Program-made: the position numbers and the translations under genes
Notes under the pieces: generated by a model
What the model was told of the DNA's origin: nothing
The model's input: the letters and a program-made list of their open reading frames with translations, nothing else
The model's database searches: none
DNA from: an uncultured Staphylococcaceae bacterium
GTDB taxonomy: Bacteria; Bacillota_I; Bacilli_A; RFN20; CAG-826
Direction of reading: 5' to 3'
Assembly: GCA_964392865.1 (NCBI GenBank)
Contig: CAYMRJ010000003.1
Coordinates: 24,591 to 88,590, forward strand
Length of the DNA: 64,000 nucleotides
In this document: piece by piece, positions 1-8,093 of the stretch
Layout of the letters: each line of letters opens with the position of its first letter
Numbering within the stretch: the stretch's first letter is position 1

Positions 1-345
1 CTCGCTATAGAAGGCAAAGGGGTCGGCCTTGTCGACGTATTCCCCTTTGGCGTTCCTGAAGTGGTATTTGTAGCTTTGGTAGTTGCTTAGCCCCGGAACG
101 AAGACCTCGAAAGCCCCGCAGTCGTCGACCTTCTGCATCTTGTCGACCCTCACGTCCCAGTTGTTCCATTCGCCGATGACGGAAACGTCCTCGGCCATCG
201 GGGCGTAGAGGCGGAAATAGACGCCGTGCTCGACCTTTTTGCTTTTTCCTTTTCCGATTTCCCTCGTCCCGAAATGGGCCCCGAAGTACTTGTAGGCTTC
301 GATGGTCTGTCCCATCAGGAAGTCATAGAGGATGCCGAATGCCAT
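1..345 (-). CDS. glgB: 1,4-alpha-glucan branching enzyme, N-terminal fragment (continues past window start)
   Basis: Absent from the ORF track because no stop lies in the window. Minus-strand ATG at 343-345 is preceded by AAAGGAG. My translation MAFGILYDFLMGQTIEAYKYFGAHFG...YFRLYAPMAEDVSVIGEWNNWD...YKYHFRNAKGEYVDKADPFAFYSE resembles the GlgB N-terminal/CBM48 region. Confidence 0.8.
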   Translation of the reverse strand, partial: MAFGILYDFLMGQTIEAYKYFGAHFGTREIGKGKSKKVEHGVYFRLYAPMAEDVSVIGEWNNWDVRVDKMQKVDDCGAFEVFVPGLSNYQSYKYHFRNAKGEYVDKADPFAFYSE

Positions 346-395
346 AAAGTCGTAACTCCTTTTAGAACGTCCTAAAGAATAAGCGAATGATACAT

Positions 396-1157
396 CTAAA
401 GATGCTCGGCGAAGCGGGCGAATTGCTCGGCCCAGTAGCGCTCCCGATGCCCATGGCCGGCGAAAATGGCGGCATCTTCGAGCCTGGCGCCCGAGGCCTT
501 CAATAGTTCTGCGTAGCAGCGGTAATCGTTCAAAAAGAGGTCGCCGCTAAGGCCGCCGTCGCCTTCGTTATCGCCGACATAGAGGCAATAGATGGCCTCG
601 AGGTCGGTCCCGAGGCTCCGGAAATCGCTTTCGAATTGGCGCCCGATCATCGAGTAGGCAAGGGAGAAAATGCCGAACTTCCCGAAGACGCCTTTATGGA
701 CGAGGGCGCAATAAGCGGTAATAAGGGCTCCCAAGGAGGAGCCGGCCATATAGGTGAAGTCCTTCCCCGGAAGGGTCCGGTAGCGGAAATCGATCAACGG
801 CTTCAGATACGAAACGATGAAATCGAGGTACTCTTCGCTTAAGGAATCCGAGATATTCCGGACCCTCGGCTCCCCGGTTTCGAGGCTATGGGGGCAATAT
901 TCCTGGCTCCTATTGGGGCTGCAGTCGATCCCGACGACGATGATCTCCTTCCCCAATCTGGCGAGGGTCTTCGTCACGTCCCAGGACTGGCCGCTCAGAT
1001 CGGCTTTCCTGACGATGTTCTGGCCGTCATGCATGTAAAGGACGGGGTAGCGCTTGCGGCTATCCTTGGAATAGCTCTTCGGGAGATAGACGCGGACGCA
1101 TTTGTCGTATCCGAGCGCCCCGCTATAGACCCAAAAGGAATCTTCCCTTTTGCCCAT
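396..1157 (-). CDS. alpha/beta-hydrolase, putative esterase family
   Basis: 253-aa ORF with YPVLYMHDGQN and nucleophile elbow GSSLGA. It lies 50 nt upstream of glgB on the same strand. Confidence 0.7.
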   Translation of the reverse strand: MGKREDSFWVYSGALGYDKCVRVYLPKSYSKDSRKRYPVLYMHDGQNIVRKADLSGQSWDVTKTLARLGKEIIVVGIDCSPNRSQEYCPHSLETGEPRVRNISDSLSEEYLDFIVSYLKPLIDFRYRTLPGKDFTYMAGSSLGALITAYCALVHKGVFGKFGIFSLAYSMIGRQFESDFRSLGTDLEAIYCLYVGDNEGDGGLSGDLFLNDYRCYAELLKASGARLEDAAIFAGHGHRERYWAEQFARFAEHL

Positions 1158-1163
1158 GGCGAA

Positions 1164-1172
1164 ATTCTAACA
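1164..1172 (-). promoter_or_regulatory. extended -10 box (TGtTAGAAT) 6 nt upstream of the esterase ATG; leaderless-type promoter candidate
   Basis: The minus strand reads TTTTTGTTAGAATTTCGCCATG. No Shine-Dalgarno lies between the box and the ATG at 1157. Confidence 0.4.
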
Positions 1173-1226
1173 AAAAAAGCCCTACTAAGGTAGAATCTAG
1201 CCGCTAAGACAAGGAAAACGAAAAAT

Positions 1227-2432
1227 ATGAAAGTCATGGCCGTCAACGCCGGCTCCTCGAGCCTCAAGTACAAGCTCTTCGAGATGCCGGAAGAAAAAGT
1301 CCTCTGCGCTGGCATCGCCGACCGCATCGGCCACGAGGACGCCATTTTCAAAATCGAGCACGATGGGAAAACCGAAAAGAAGATCCTCCCCATCAATGAC
1401 CACGCCACCGGCGTGAAGCTCATCATCGATGCCCTATTGGAGAAAGGCATCGTCAAGAGCCTCGAAGAAATCGAGGTCGTAAGCCACCGCGTCGTCCAAG
1501 GGGGCAGCTACTACTCCCATTCCGTCATCTTTGATGACGATGCCGAGCAGAAGATCGCTTCGCTCGCCCCGCTTGACCCCCTCCACGCCCCGGCGCACCT
1601 CATCGGCTACCACGCCTTCAAGGACGCTCTCCCCAATGCTTTGGAAACCGCCGTCTTCGATACGGCCTACCACCAGAGCATGGAGGAAGAAGACTATGTC
1701 TTCCCTATTCCCTACGAACTTGCCAAGAAGCACCAGATCAGGAGATACGGGGCCCACGGGACGAGCCACCACTACCTCATCGACAAAGCCATCAACGACT
1801 ACTTCGGCGGCAAGGCCTTAGGGACCCGCATCATCAGCTGCCATATCGGCTCCGGGGCCTCCCTTACGGCCGCTAGGGACGGCAAGTGCGTCGCCACTTC
1901 CATGGGCCTCACCCCCCTAGGCGGCGTCATGATGGGGACCCGTACCGGGGACCTCGACCCTTCCGTCATGAGCCATATCGCGAACGTCGAAGGCCTCACT
2001 GCCGACGAGGTCTACGACATCTTCAACAAGAAGTCGGGCCTACTAGGCCTTTCTGGCATCAGCAACGATACCCGCGATATCGAAGAGGAAGCCTTCAAAG
2101 GAAACGAAAGGGCCATCCTCGCCTCCAAGGTCTTCGCGAGAAGGGTCGCCGATTATATCGGCCAGTATTTTGTGAGGCTCGGCGGAGCCGACCTCATCAT
2201 CTTCTCGGCCGGGATCGGCGAGAATAGCTCTTACTACCGCGCCCTCATCCTCAAGGACGTCGAAGAGGCTTTGGGCCTCGTCGTCGATTACGACATCAAC
2301 GAAGAGCTCGTCCACGGGAAGGAAGGTCTATTGACCAAGAAGGAAAGCAAGATCCCGGTCGCCGTCATCCCGACCGACGAAGAAAAGATGATCGCGAGGG
2401 ACGGCTATCTCATCAAGACGGGGAAACTATGA
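1227..2432 (+). CDS. ackA: acetate kinase
   Basis: 401-aa ORF with MKVMAVNAGSSSLKYKLF, HRVVQGG, YGAHGTSH and EEKMIA, typical of AckA. AAGGAAAA lies upstream. Confidence 0.95.
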   Translation: MKVMAVNAGSSSLKYKLFEMPEEKVLCAGIADRIGHEDAIFKIEHDGKTEKKILPINDHATGVKLIIDALLEKGIVKSLEEIEVVSHRVVQGGSYYSHSVIFDDDAEQKIASLAPLDPLHAPAHLIGYHAFKDALPNALETAVFDTAYHQSMEEEDYVFPIPYELAKKHQIRRYGAHGTSHHYLIDKAINDYFGGKALGTRIISCHIGSGASLTAARDGKCVATSMGLTPLGGVMMGTRTGDLDPSVMSHIANVEGLTADEVYDIFNKKSGLLGLSGISNDTRDIEEEAFKGNERAILASKVFARRVADYIGQYFVRLGGADLIIFSAGIGENSSYYRALILKDVEEALGLVVDYDINEELVHGKEGLLTKKESKIPVAVIPTDEEKMIARDGYLIKTGKL

Positions 2433-3424
2433 TGAAGGACCCGATCATCAAGGCCTACGGCCGTAAGTTCAAAAAGGAATACAAGGCCTTCTACAAGGCC
2501 ATCCGGGAATTTAAGCGCATCTTCGTCTTCCGCCACATAAAGCCGGACTTCGATGCCCTCGGTAGCCAATTCGGTTTGGTCACTTTCCTCAAGGACAACT
2601 TCCCCGATAAGGAAATCCACTTCGTGGGCGATGACCACGTGACCTTCTGCCCCCGGATCTTCCCCTACACCGAGCGCCTCGGCGAAGAGGCTTTCGAGTC
2701 TGACTTCCTCGCCATCATCTTGGACGTGAACGACCATAGCCGCATCGCCGATCCACGCTACCAAAAAGCCAAGCGGATCATCAAATTCGACCACCACCCC
2801 TGCAAGGAGCCGGTCGGCCATATCAACATCCTCGATACCGAAGCGGCCGCCGCGGCCGAAATCCTCACCGATGCTTTGCTCTCCTTCCCCGGGACCTACA
2901 TCAGCCCGGAAGCCGCGAAGTACCTCTACATCGGGATCGTCGGGGATTCGGGAAGGTTCCAATATAGCAGCACTTCGGCCCATACCTTCGCCTGCGCCAG
3001 CGCTCTCATTGCTAGGGACATCAGCCTTCCCAGCATCTACCAGAGCATGTACCAGAAGACGACGGAGGATCTGAAGATCCAGGCCTATGTCCTCACCCAC
3101 TACTCCATCAGCGAGCACGGGGTCGCCTACTACCTTTTGCCCGAAAAGGTCCAGAAGGACTTCGGCCTCACCTCCGAAAGGGGCAAGGAAAACGTCAACA
3201 TGTTCTCCAATATCGAAGGGATCAACGTCTGGTGCTCCATCACCGAGGACAATGACCCGAAGGATTACTGCTGGCGCGTCTCCATCAGAAGCAAAGCCAA
3301 GGACATCTCCGGCGTCGCCCAGAAGTGGGGCGGCGGCGGACACGCCCAAGCCAGCGGCGCCAGAATCGACGACATCAAGGACCTCGAGAAATTCGTCAAG
3401 GACCTCGACGACCTCTTCGCCTGA
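2429..3424 (+). CDS. nrnA: DHH/DHHA1 phosphoesterase (NrnA-like oligoribonuclease / pAp phosphatase)
   Basis: 331-aa ORF with DFD, DHH (KFDHHP) and GGGH (WGGGGHAQASG) motifs. It overlaps the ackA stop by 4 nt. Confidence 0.75.
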   Translation: MMKDPIIKAYGRKFKKEYKAFYKAIREFKRIFVFRHIKPDFDALGSQFGLVTFLKDNFPDKEIHFVGDDHVTFCPRIFPYTERLGEEAFESDFLAIILDVNDHSRIADPRYQKAKRIIKFDHHPCKEPVGHINILDTEAAAAAEILTDALLSFPGTYISPEAAKYLYIGIVGDSGRFQYSSTSAHTFACASALIARDISLPSIYQSMYQKTTEDLKIQAYVLTHYSISEHGVAYYLLPEKVQKDFGLTSERGKENVNMFSNIEGINVWCSITEDNDPKDYCWRVSIRSKAKDISGVAQKWGGGGHAQASGARIDDIKDLEKFVKDLDDLFA

Positions 3425-3432
3425 GTTCAAAC

Positions 3433-3463
3433 AAAAAGAAGGGCCCTTATGGGCCCTTTTCTC
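3433..3463. terminator. bidirectional intrinsic terminator between convergent nrnA and the serpin gene
   Basis: Stem-loop AAGGGCCC-ttat-GGGCCCTT (3439-3458) is flanked by an A-run on one side and a T-run on the other. Confidence 0.7.
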
Positions 3464-3470
3464 ATATTCC

Positions 3471-4964
3471 CTAGGCAGCGGGATCGCTCACGTAGCCGAG
3501 GAATATCGGGAGATCGGAGAGATCGCGGATGCAATAGACGAAGGGTTGGTTCAGCTGGACGCTCCAGCCTTCGCTCATCGGGCCGGCGTCCGCAGCCCCG
3601 AAGCCGAAGCTGATGCTGAGGCTCTTGGCCTTGGTGCCGTCTTCGTTGAACTCGATGGAGTTCTTCTGTTTGATGCGACTGAGGCCGGACTCGACCACGA
3701 TACCGGCGTTATCGTAGGCCCCGGCCATGTGGTTGGCCTCTTCTTCGAAGGGATTGGACAGACCCATATCGATGAGGACGTCGGTCAGATCGACCTCGCA
3801 GTCATAGGAGAAGCGCGGGACCTCGAGGGCGATGTAATCGTAGTCGGCCTCCTCGGATTCGCTAAGGAAGTCCACTCCCTCGAGAAGGGTCAATATATCG
3901 TCTTCCAGCTCCTTCGGGACGAAGTACTGGATCGAGTAGCCGGACTGGTAATAGTCGCTGAAGGTGACGTAATCCCCGCAATCCTCGAACAATCCATAGA
4001 AAGTATGGTTCATGTATTCGATTTCGTAGGGATCGCCCTCGAGGGGATAGAAGTAATCGGTGACGTTGTCCTCCGCGGCGAAGGCATCGCTCCAAAGCGA
4101 TTCGAAGCTTAGCGTCGACATGAGCAGAAGCGTGTCTTCGTCCGTAAGCCCGAGTTGATCGGCTGTCACATAGCCATCTTCCCCGACGGCTTCGCTGGCC
4201 CAGGTGGCGATGAGTTCCTGATCGTCCTTGCTCGATAGATCGGCTTCATAGACCTCGGCCCTCCTAGCGGTCGCATCGCTGACGAAGGTTTCGGCGGCCC
4301 CAAGTTCGTAATCGACAAAGGCGGCCTGCTTCATGAGGACGCTGCTTTCGCCGCGCGCCCCTGATTCCGAAATGTAGTAGTTATTGAGAAGCGCCGTCTT
4401 GATGTTCTCGGCCCGGCTTTCTTTGGTCCCACCGAGGATAAGGTCGAACTGGGCTTCCGTTTCTTCGTCGCCCTCCGTAACGGCGAGGGAGGCCAGATCC
4501 ATGTTGGCATATAGCCCTAAAGGCGAATAAAGGGCATTGTCCGAGAAACCGCTGCTATGGAAGAGATTCTCGGCGAAGGTATTTACGTCGGCGATGAAGC
4601 CGTCGTCTTCGATGGCCGTATGGAGCGTATCCGTATCGTATTCGATGGCGTTCATGGCCCTAAAAGTCGCGCTTTTGAGTTCGCTGGCCTGGCCGGAAGT
4701 TAGGTTCAGGTTCTCACGGCTCAGCGTTTCGCTATAGCCGATGTCGGCGAAGGCGATGACGACGATGGCAAGCGGCACGACGAAAGCGGCAGCGGCCGCT
4801 CCGGCGACGGTATAGACGCCGAGCCTTGCGGCCCGATAGGGATTAACGTAGCCGGCCTTCCCGTGGTAAGGATTTAGGCCGCTTGCTTCCATCATCGCGT
4901 TAACGTCGAAGGAAACCCCGTATTCCTCAAGGTAGAGTTCCCTGATCTTCTTTTCGGCTTTCAT
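3471..4964 (-). CDS. single-pass membrane protein with extracytoplasmic serpin domain (candidate anti-sigma factor)
   Basis: 497 aa. A short N-terminus is followed by a hydrophobic helix (LGVYTVAGAAAAAFVVPLAIVVIAFA). Serpin landmarks follow: NALYSPLGLY, TLSFESLWSDAF, ALEVPRFSY, hinge FNEDGTKAKS and LNQPFVYCIRD. The ATG overlaps the sigma gene stop (ATGA), and GGAGGA lies 9 nt upstream. Confidence 0.75.
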   Translation of the reverse strand: MKAEKKIRELYLEEYGVSFDVNAMMEASGLNPYHGKAGYVNPYRAARLGVYTVAGAAAAAFVVPLAIVVIAFADIGYSETLSRENLNLTSGQASELKSATFRAMNAIEYDTDTLHTAIEDDGFIADVNTFAENLFHSSGFSDNALYSPLGLYANMDLASLAVTEGDEETEAQFDLILGGTKESRAENIKTALLNNYYISESGARGESSVLMKQAAFVDYELGAAETFVSDATARRAEVYEADLSSKDDQELIATWASEAVGEDGYVTADQLGLTDEDTLLLMSTLSFESLWSDAFAAEDNVTDYFYPLEGDPYEIEYMNHTFYGLFEDCGDYVTFSDYYQSGYSIQYFVPKELEDDILTLLEGVDFLSESEEADYDYIALEVPRFSYDCEVDLTDVLIDMGLSNPFEEEANHMAGAYDNAGIVVESGLSRIKQKNSIEFNEDGTKAKSLSISFGFGAADAGPMSEGWSVQLNQPFVYCIRDLSDLPIFLGYVSDPAA

Positions 4965-5479
4965 AGGTAGTCTTCCTCCTTCAAGGCCTTTTTGGCCTTG
5001 GCAAGGGCCCGCCGATAGAGGCTTCTGGCCGCGCCTTCGCTAATCTCCATCGAGGCGGCGATATCCCTGAAGGGATAGCCGGCCCCGGCCCGGAGGGTAA
5101 GAACGTCGTACTCCTTCTTGAGAAGGACGCCCTTTAGGGCATTTAGCCCGTCGGTCGAGTAGCTTCTCTCAGGGATCTCGGCGGAGGGTTCGCTTTCCGG
5201 GTATTCTTCGAGGCGGCTATTTTTCCTGACGCGGCTAAGGGCGGCGTTCTGGGCGCTCCTATAGAGATAGGAAACGAAGGCCTTTGGGTCCTTGGGAGGG
5301 TCGTCGGCTTTTAAGGATGAGGCGAAGGCTTCCTGGACGCAGTCCTTGCTTTCTTCCTTGTCATGGAGGATCTCGTAGGCGCCGTGGTAAAGAAGGCGCG
5401 CATATTCCGCGTAGACGAAAGAAACGGTCCTTTCGTCTTTCTGGAAGTAGAGCCTCACGGCCCTTTTATCGAGCTGCAT
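4961..5479 (-). CDS. sigma-70 family (ECF-like) RNA polymerase sigma factor
   Basis: Region 2-like YAEYARLLYHGAYEILHDKEESKDCVQEAF and region 4-like EYDVLTLRAGAGYPFRDIAASMEISEGAARSLYRRAL. I prefer the ATG at 5479 (GGAGGG 9 nt upstream) over the ORF-track start at 5521. Confidence 0.8.
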   Translation of the reverse strand: MQLDKRAVRLYFQKDERTVSFVYAEYARLLYHGAYEILHDKEESKDCVQEAFASSLKADDPPKDPKAFVSYLYRSAQNAALSRVRKNSRLEEYPESEPSAEIPERSYSTDGLNALKGVLLKKEYDVLTLRAGAGYPFRDIAASMEISEGAARSLYRRALAKAKKALKEEDYL

Positions 5480-5536
5480 GCCGATTGTCCCTCCACCCAT
5501 ATAGACGCGGAAGGGGCGCAAAACGTGCGCGGAAAT

Positions 5537-6247
5537 TTATTTTCCCGCCGTTTTGGCTTTGTTCAGGGAGACCTGGTAACCGCATTTCGGGCATTTGTAG
5601 TAGGGCCCGTAGCGCCCTTTCTTCTCCTCCATTCCGACCTCGCAATGGGGGCAGATGCCCTTCCTAATTTCCTTCTGCTTCTTCTTGATGGCCTTCACAT
5701 GGCCCTTTTTGTCGGGGTTTTCGATGGCGAGGCCTTTGATCTTCCCTTCGAGGGCGAGACGCTCTTCATAGGTCAAAGCCTTTTCCTTATGGCGAGCGAA
5801 GAACTTCCCTATTGCCTGAAGATTGATGACCTCGTCCATCCCCTTCGGGGCGTTGTTCGAAGCGAAGACGACCAAAGCCTTGGGCTCGGCGGCCCCTTCG
5901 CCCAAAAGTTCCTTCAGGACATGGCAATGGGCCAGATTTTGCCTCAGCGGCGAATAGAAGCGGTTTTCCTGCTTTCCGAGGTATTGGACCCACTTCTCGT
6001 AGGTTGGCGACCCGGAGATCTTCCCGGCGTAGTTCTTGGTTTCGACGCAGTAAAGGCCGCTATTATGGATGGCGATATGGTCGATCTGGCAGGTCGACCC
6101 GTCGGCTTTTAGGAAATACAAATCATCGAGGACGAGGCACCCGGCCTTCTTCAAGGCCTTCGAGACCCTCTTTTCCCCGCGCTTGCCCTTGCTTTTGGCA
6201 AGGACGGGCTTCATGAGAAGCATGATTACGTCAGTGAAAACACCCAT
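5537..6247 (-). CDS. NERD (nuclease-related) domain protein with C-terminal topoisomerase-type zinc ribbon
   Basis: 236 aa with GEKRVSKALK...IDHIAIHNSGLYCVETKNYAGKI (NERD-like) and CPHCEVGMEEKKGRYGPYYKCPKCGY (C4 ribbon). Confidence 0.65.
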   Translation of the reverse strand: MGVFTDVIMLLMKPVLAKSKGKRGEKRVSKALKKAGCLVLDDLYFLKADGSTCQIDHIAIHNSGLYCVETKNYAGKISGSPTYEKWVQYLGKQENRFYSPLRQNLAHCHVLKELLGEGAAEPKALVVFASNNAPKGMDEVINLQAIGKFFARHKEKALTYEERLALEGKIKGLAIENPDKKGHVKAIKKKQKEIRKGICPHCEVGMEEKKGRYGPYYKCPKCGYQVSLNKAKTAGK

Positions 6248-6323
6248 GGGCCATATTAAACGGCAACCATAGGAGCTTTGGGAAGAAGGGAGGCCGTCCG
6301 GTCAGAGGCCGAAGGCAAACGGA

Positions 6324-8093
6324 TTACAAAGAGAACTGGCTATTGTAGAGGGAGGCGTAGAAGCCGCCTTTGGCGAGCAGTTCCTCATGGGTTCCCTGCT
6401 CGACGACGTTGCCCTTATCGAGGACGAGGATGAGATCGGCGTCCTTGATGGTGCTGAGGCGATGGGCGATGACGAAGGAAGTCCTTCCTTCCGTCAGGCG
6501 GTCCATGGCCTCCTGAATGAGTTCTTCGGTCCTCGTATCGACGTTGCTGGTCGCTTCATCCAATATGAGCATCGGGGCATCTTCGATCATGGCCCTGGCG
6601 ATGGTAAGCAGCTGCTTCTGCCCGCCGGAAATCGACTCTTCATCGGAAATGACGTAATCAAGGCCGCCCGGCAATGTATCGACGTAATGGTCGAGATTGC
6701 TTTCCTTTAGGACGTTCCAGATCTGGCGGTCGCTGACGCCTTTCTTGTCGTAGACGATGTTCTCCCGGATGCTTCCTTCGAAGACCCAGGTATCCTGGAG
6801 GACCATCCCGAAGAGGTCGCGGACTTCGCTCCGCCTCATCTTCTTGGTATCGACGCCGTCGATTTCGATCTTCCCTTCCCAGATCTCGTAGAAGCGCATC
6901 AAAAGGTTCACGATCGTCGTCTTTCCGGCCCCGGTCGGGCCGACGATGGCGACCTTCATGCCGGGCTTCACGTCGCAAGAGAAGCCATGGATGATGGGCT
7001 TACCTTCGTCATAGCCGAAGACGACGTTTTCGAACTTGACGGCCCCCTGGACCTTCTTATGGGCCTTGTCTTCCCCGAAGGCCAAAGGAAGCGCGGAATC
7101 ATCGGGCACTTCCTCTTCTTCAAGAAGCGCGAAGACGCGCTCGCTAGAGGCGCCGGCCATCTGGAGGGTATTGAATGATTGGCCGAGCTGGCTAAGCGGG
7201 CTTTGGAAGAGGTTCGCATAGACTAGGAATTCGGTGATGGTCCCGAAGGTCACGCCGGCCGTACCGCTACCGAGGAGCAAACCGCCGACGATGCAGACCA
7301 AGGCGTAAGCCAAGTAGGAAATGAACGAATTGATGGGCCCCATCATGCCGCCGAAGATCTGGGCCGTGAACATCGTCTTGTTCAAAGCCTGGTTCTGCTC
7401 CTCGAAAGCCTCGCCCATCTTCTTTTCGGCCCCGAAGGCCTTGATGACCAATTGGCCGCTGAACTGCTCTTCGACGACGGCGTTTACTTCGCCTAGTAGC
7501 TTCTGCCTCTTCCTGAAGCGCGGCTGGGCCATCTTCAAGACGAAGAGGAGCGAGAGCAAAAGAAGCGGGAGGGTAGCGACGACCACGAGCGACATGGCCC
7601 AGTTCGTCACGAACATGGCGATGATGACGCCGAAGAGCATCATGATGCCGCTTAGGGTCATGCCGATGCCCTGCTGGAGGCTACTCCCGATCTGGTCGAC
7701 ATCGTTGGTCAAGACCGAAAGGGTATCGCCGAACTGGCGGCTATCGAGGTACTTCAAAGGCAGACGGTTGATCTTGACGGCAATCGCTTTCCTAAGATCT
7801 TTGGAGAAAAGCTGGCTAACGCGGGTAAGCAGGAAGTTGGCGAGGAAATTGGCGAGGAAGCTCGCGGCATAGAAGCCGATGAGCAAGATACCGAGCTCGG
7901 CGATGAGACTTAGATCGATATCCTGGCTGCCGGCGCCTCTGGTGATTTCGTCGGTGAGTTCGCCCAAATAAGTCGGGGCAAGGACGGCGAGGACGGTCGA
8001 TAGGACCGCAAGCAATAGGGCGATGATTATCTGGAAGAAATAGGGGCGCAGTTCCTTGAACAAGCGCTTGTAGGAACCCTTCATGGATTTCAT
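6324..8093 (-). CDS. ABC exporter, fused permease/ATPase half-transporter (consensus site)
   Basis: 589 aa with an N-terminal 6-TM region, Walker A GPTGAGKTT, signature SGGQKQ and Walker B LILDEATSNVD. Confidence 0.9.
   Translation of the reverse strand: MKSMKGSYKRLFKELRPYFFQIIIALLLAVLSTVLAVLAPTYLGELTDEITRGAGSQDIDLSLIAELGILLIGFYAASFLANFLANFLLTRVSQLFSKDLRKAIAVKINRLPLKYLDSRQFGDTLSVLTNDVDQIGSSLQQGIGMTLSGIMMLFGVIIAMFVTNWAMSLVVVATLPLLLLSLLFVLKMAQPRFRKRQKLLGEVNAVVEEQFSGQLVIKAFGAEKKMGEAFEEQNQALNKTMFTAQIFGGMMGPINSFISYLAYALVCIVGGLLLGSGTAGVTFGTITEFLVYANLFQSPLSQLGQSFNTLQMAGASSERVFALLEEEEVPDDSALPLAFGEDKAHKKVQGAVKFENVVFGYDEGKPIIHGFSCDVKPGMKVAIVGPTGAGKTTIVNLLMRFYEIWEGKIEIDGVDTKKMRRSEVRDLFGMVLQDTWVFEGSIRENIVYDKKGVSDRQIWNVLKESNLDHYVDTLPGGLDYVISDEESISGGQKQLLTIARAMIEDAPMLILDEATSNVDTRTEELIQEAMDRLTEGRTSFVIAHRLSTIKDADLILVLDKGNVVEQGTHEELLAKGGFYASLYNSQFSL

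Noticed and set aside
2405-3430. Long antisense ORFs opposite real genes. Examples are 2405-3430, 3087-4112, 5363-6112, 14167-14907, 27067-27855, 40917-41789, 44889-45641, 52618-53313, 54514-55464 and 58098-59243.
   Set aside because: Each lies fully inside a well-supported gene on the other strand. Their products are low-complexity (G/D/E/A/R-rich) with no recognisable motifs. Strong G/C third-position bias suppresses stop codons in the antisense frames. I found no RBS or promoter for any of them.
7836-7859. Tandem 12-nt duplication (ttggcgaggaa x2) encoding FLANFLAN in the ABC exporter.
   Set aside because: It is a single in-frame two-copy microduplication inside a TM helix, with no further copies. 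It is most likely a neutral slippage event, not a functional repeat.
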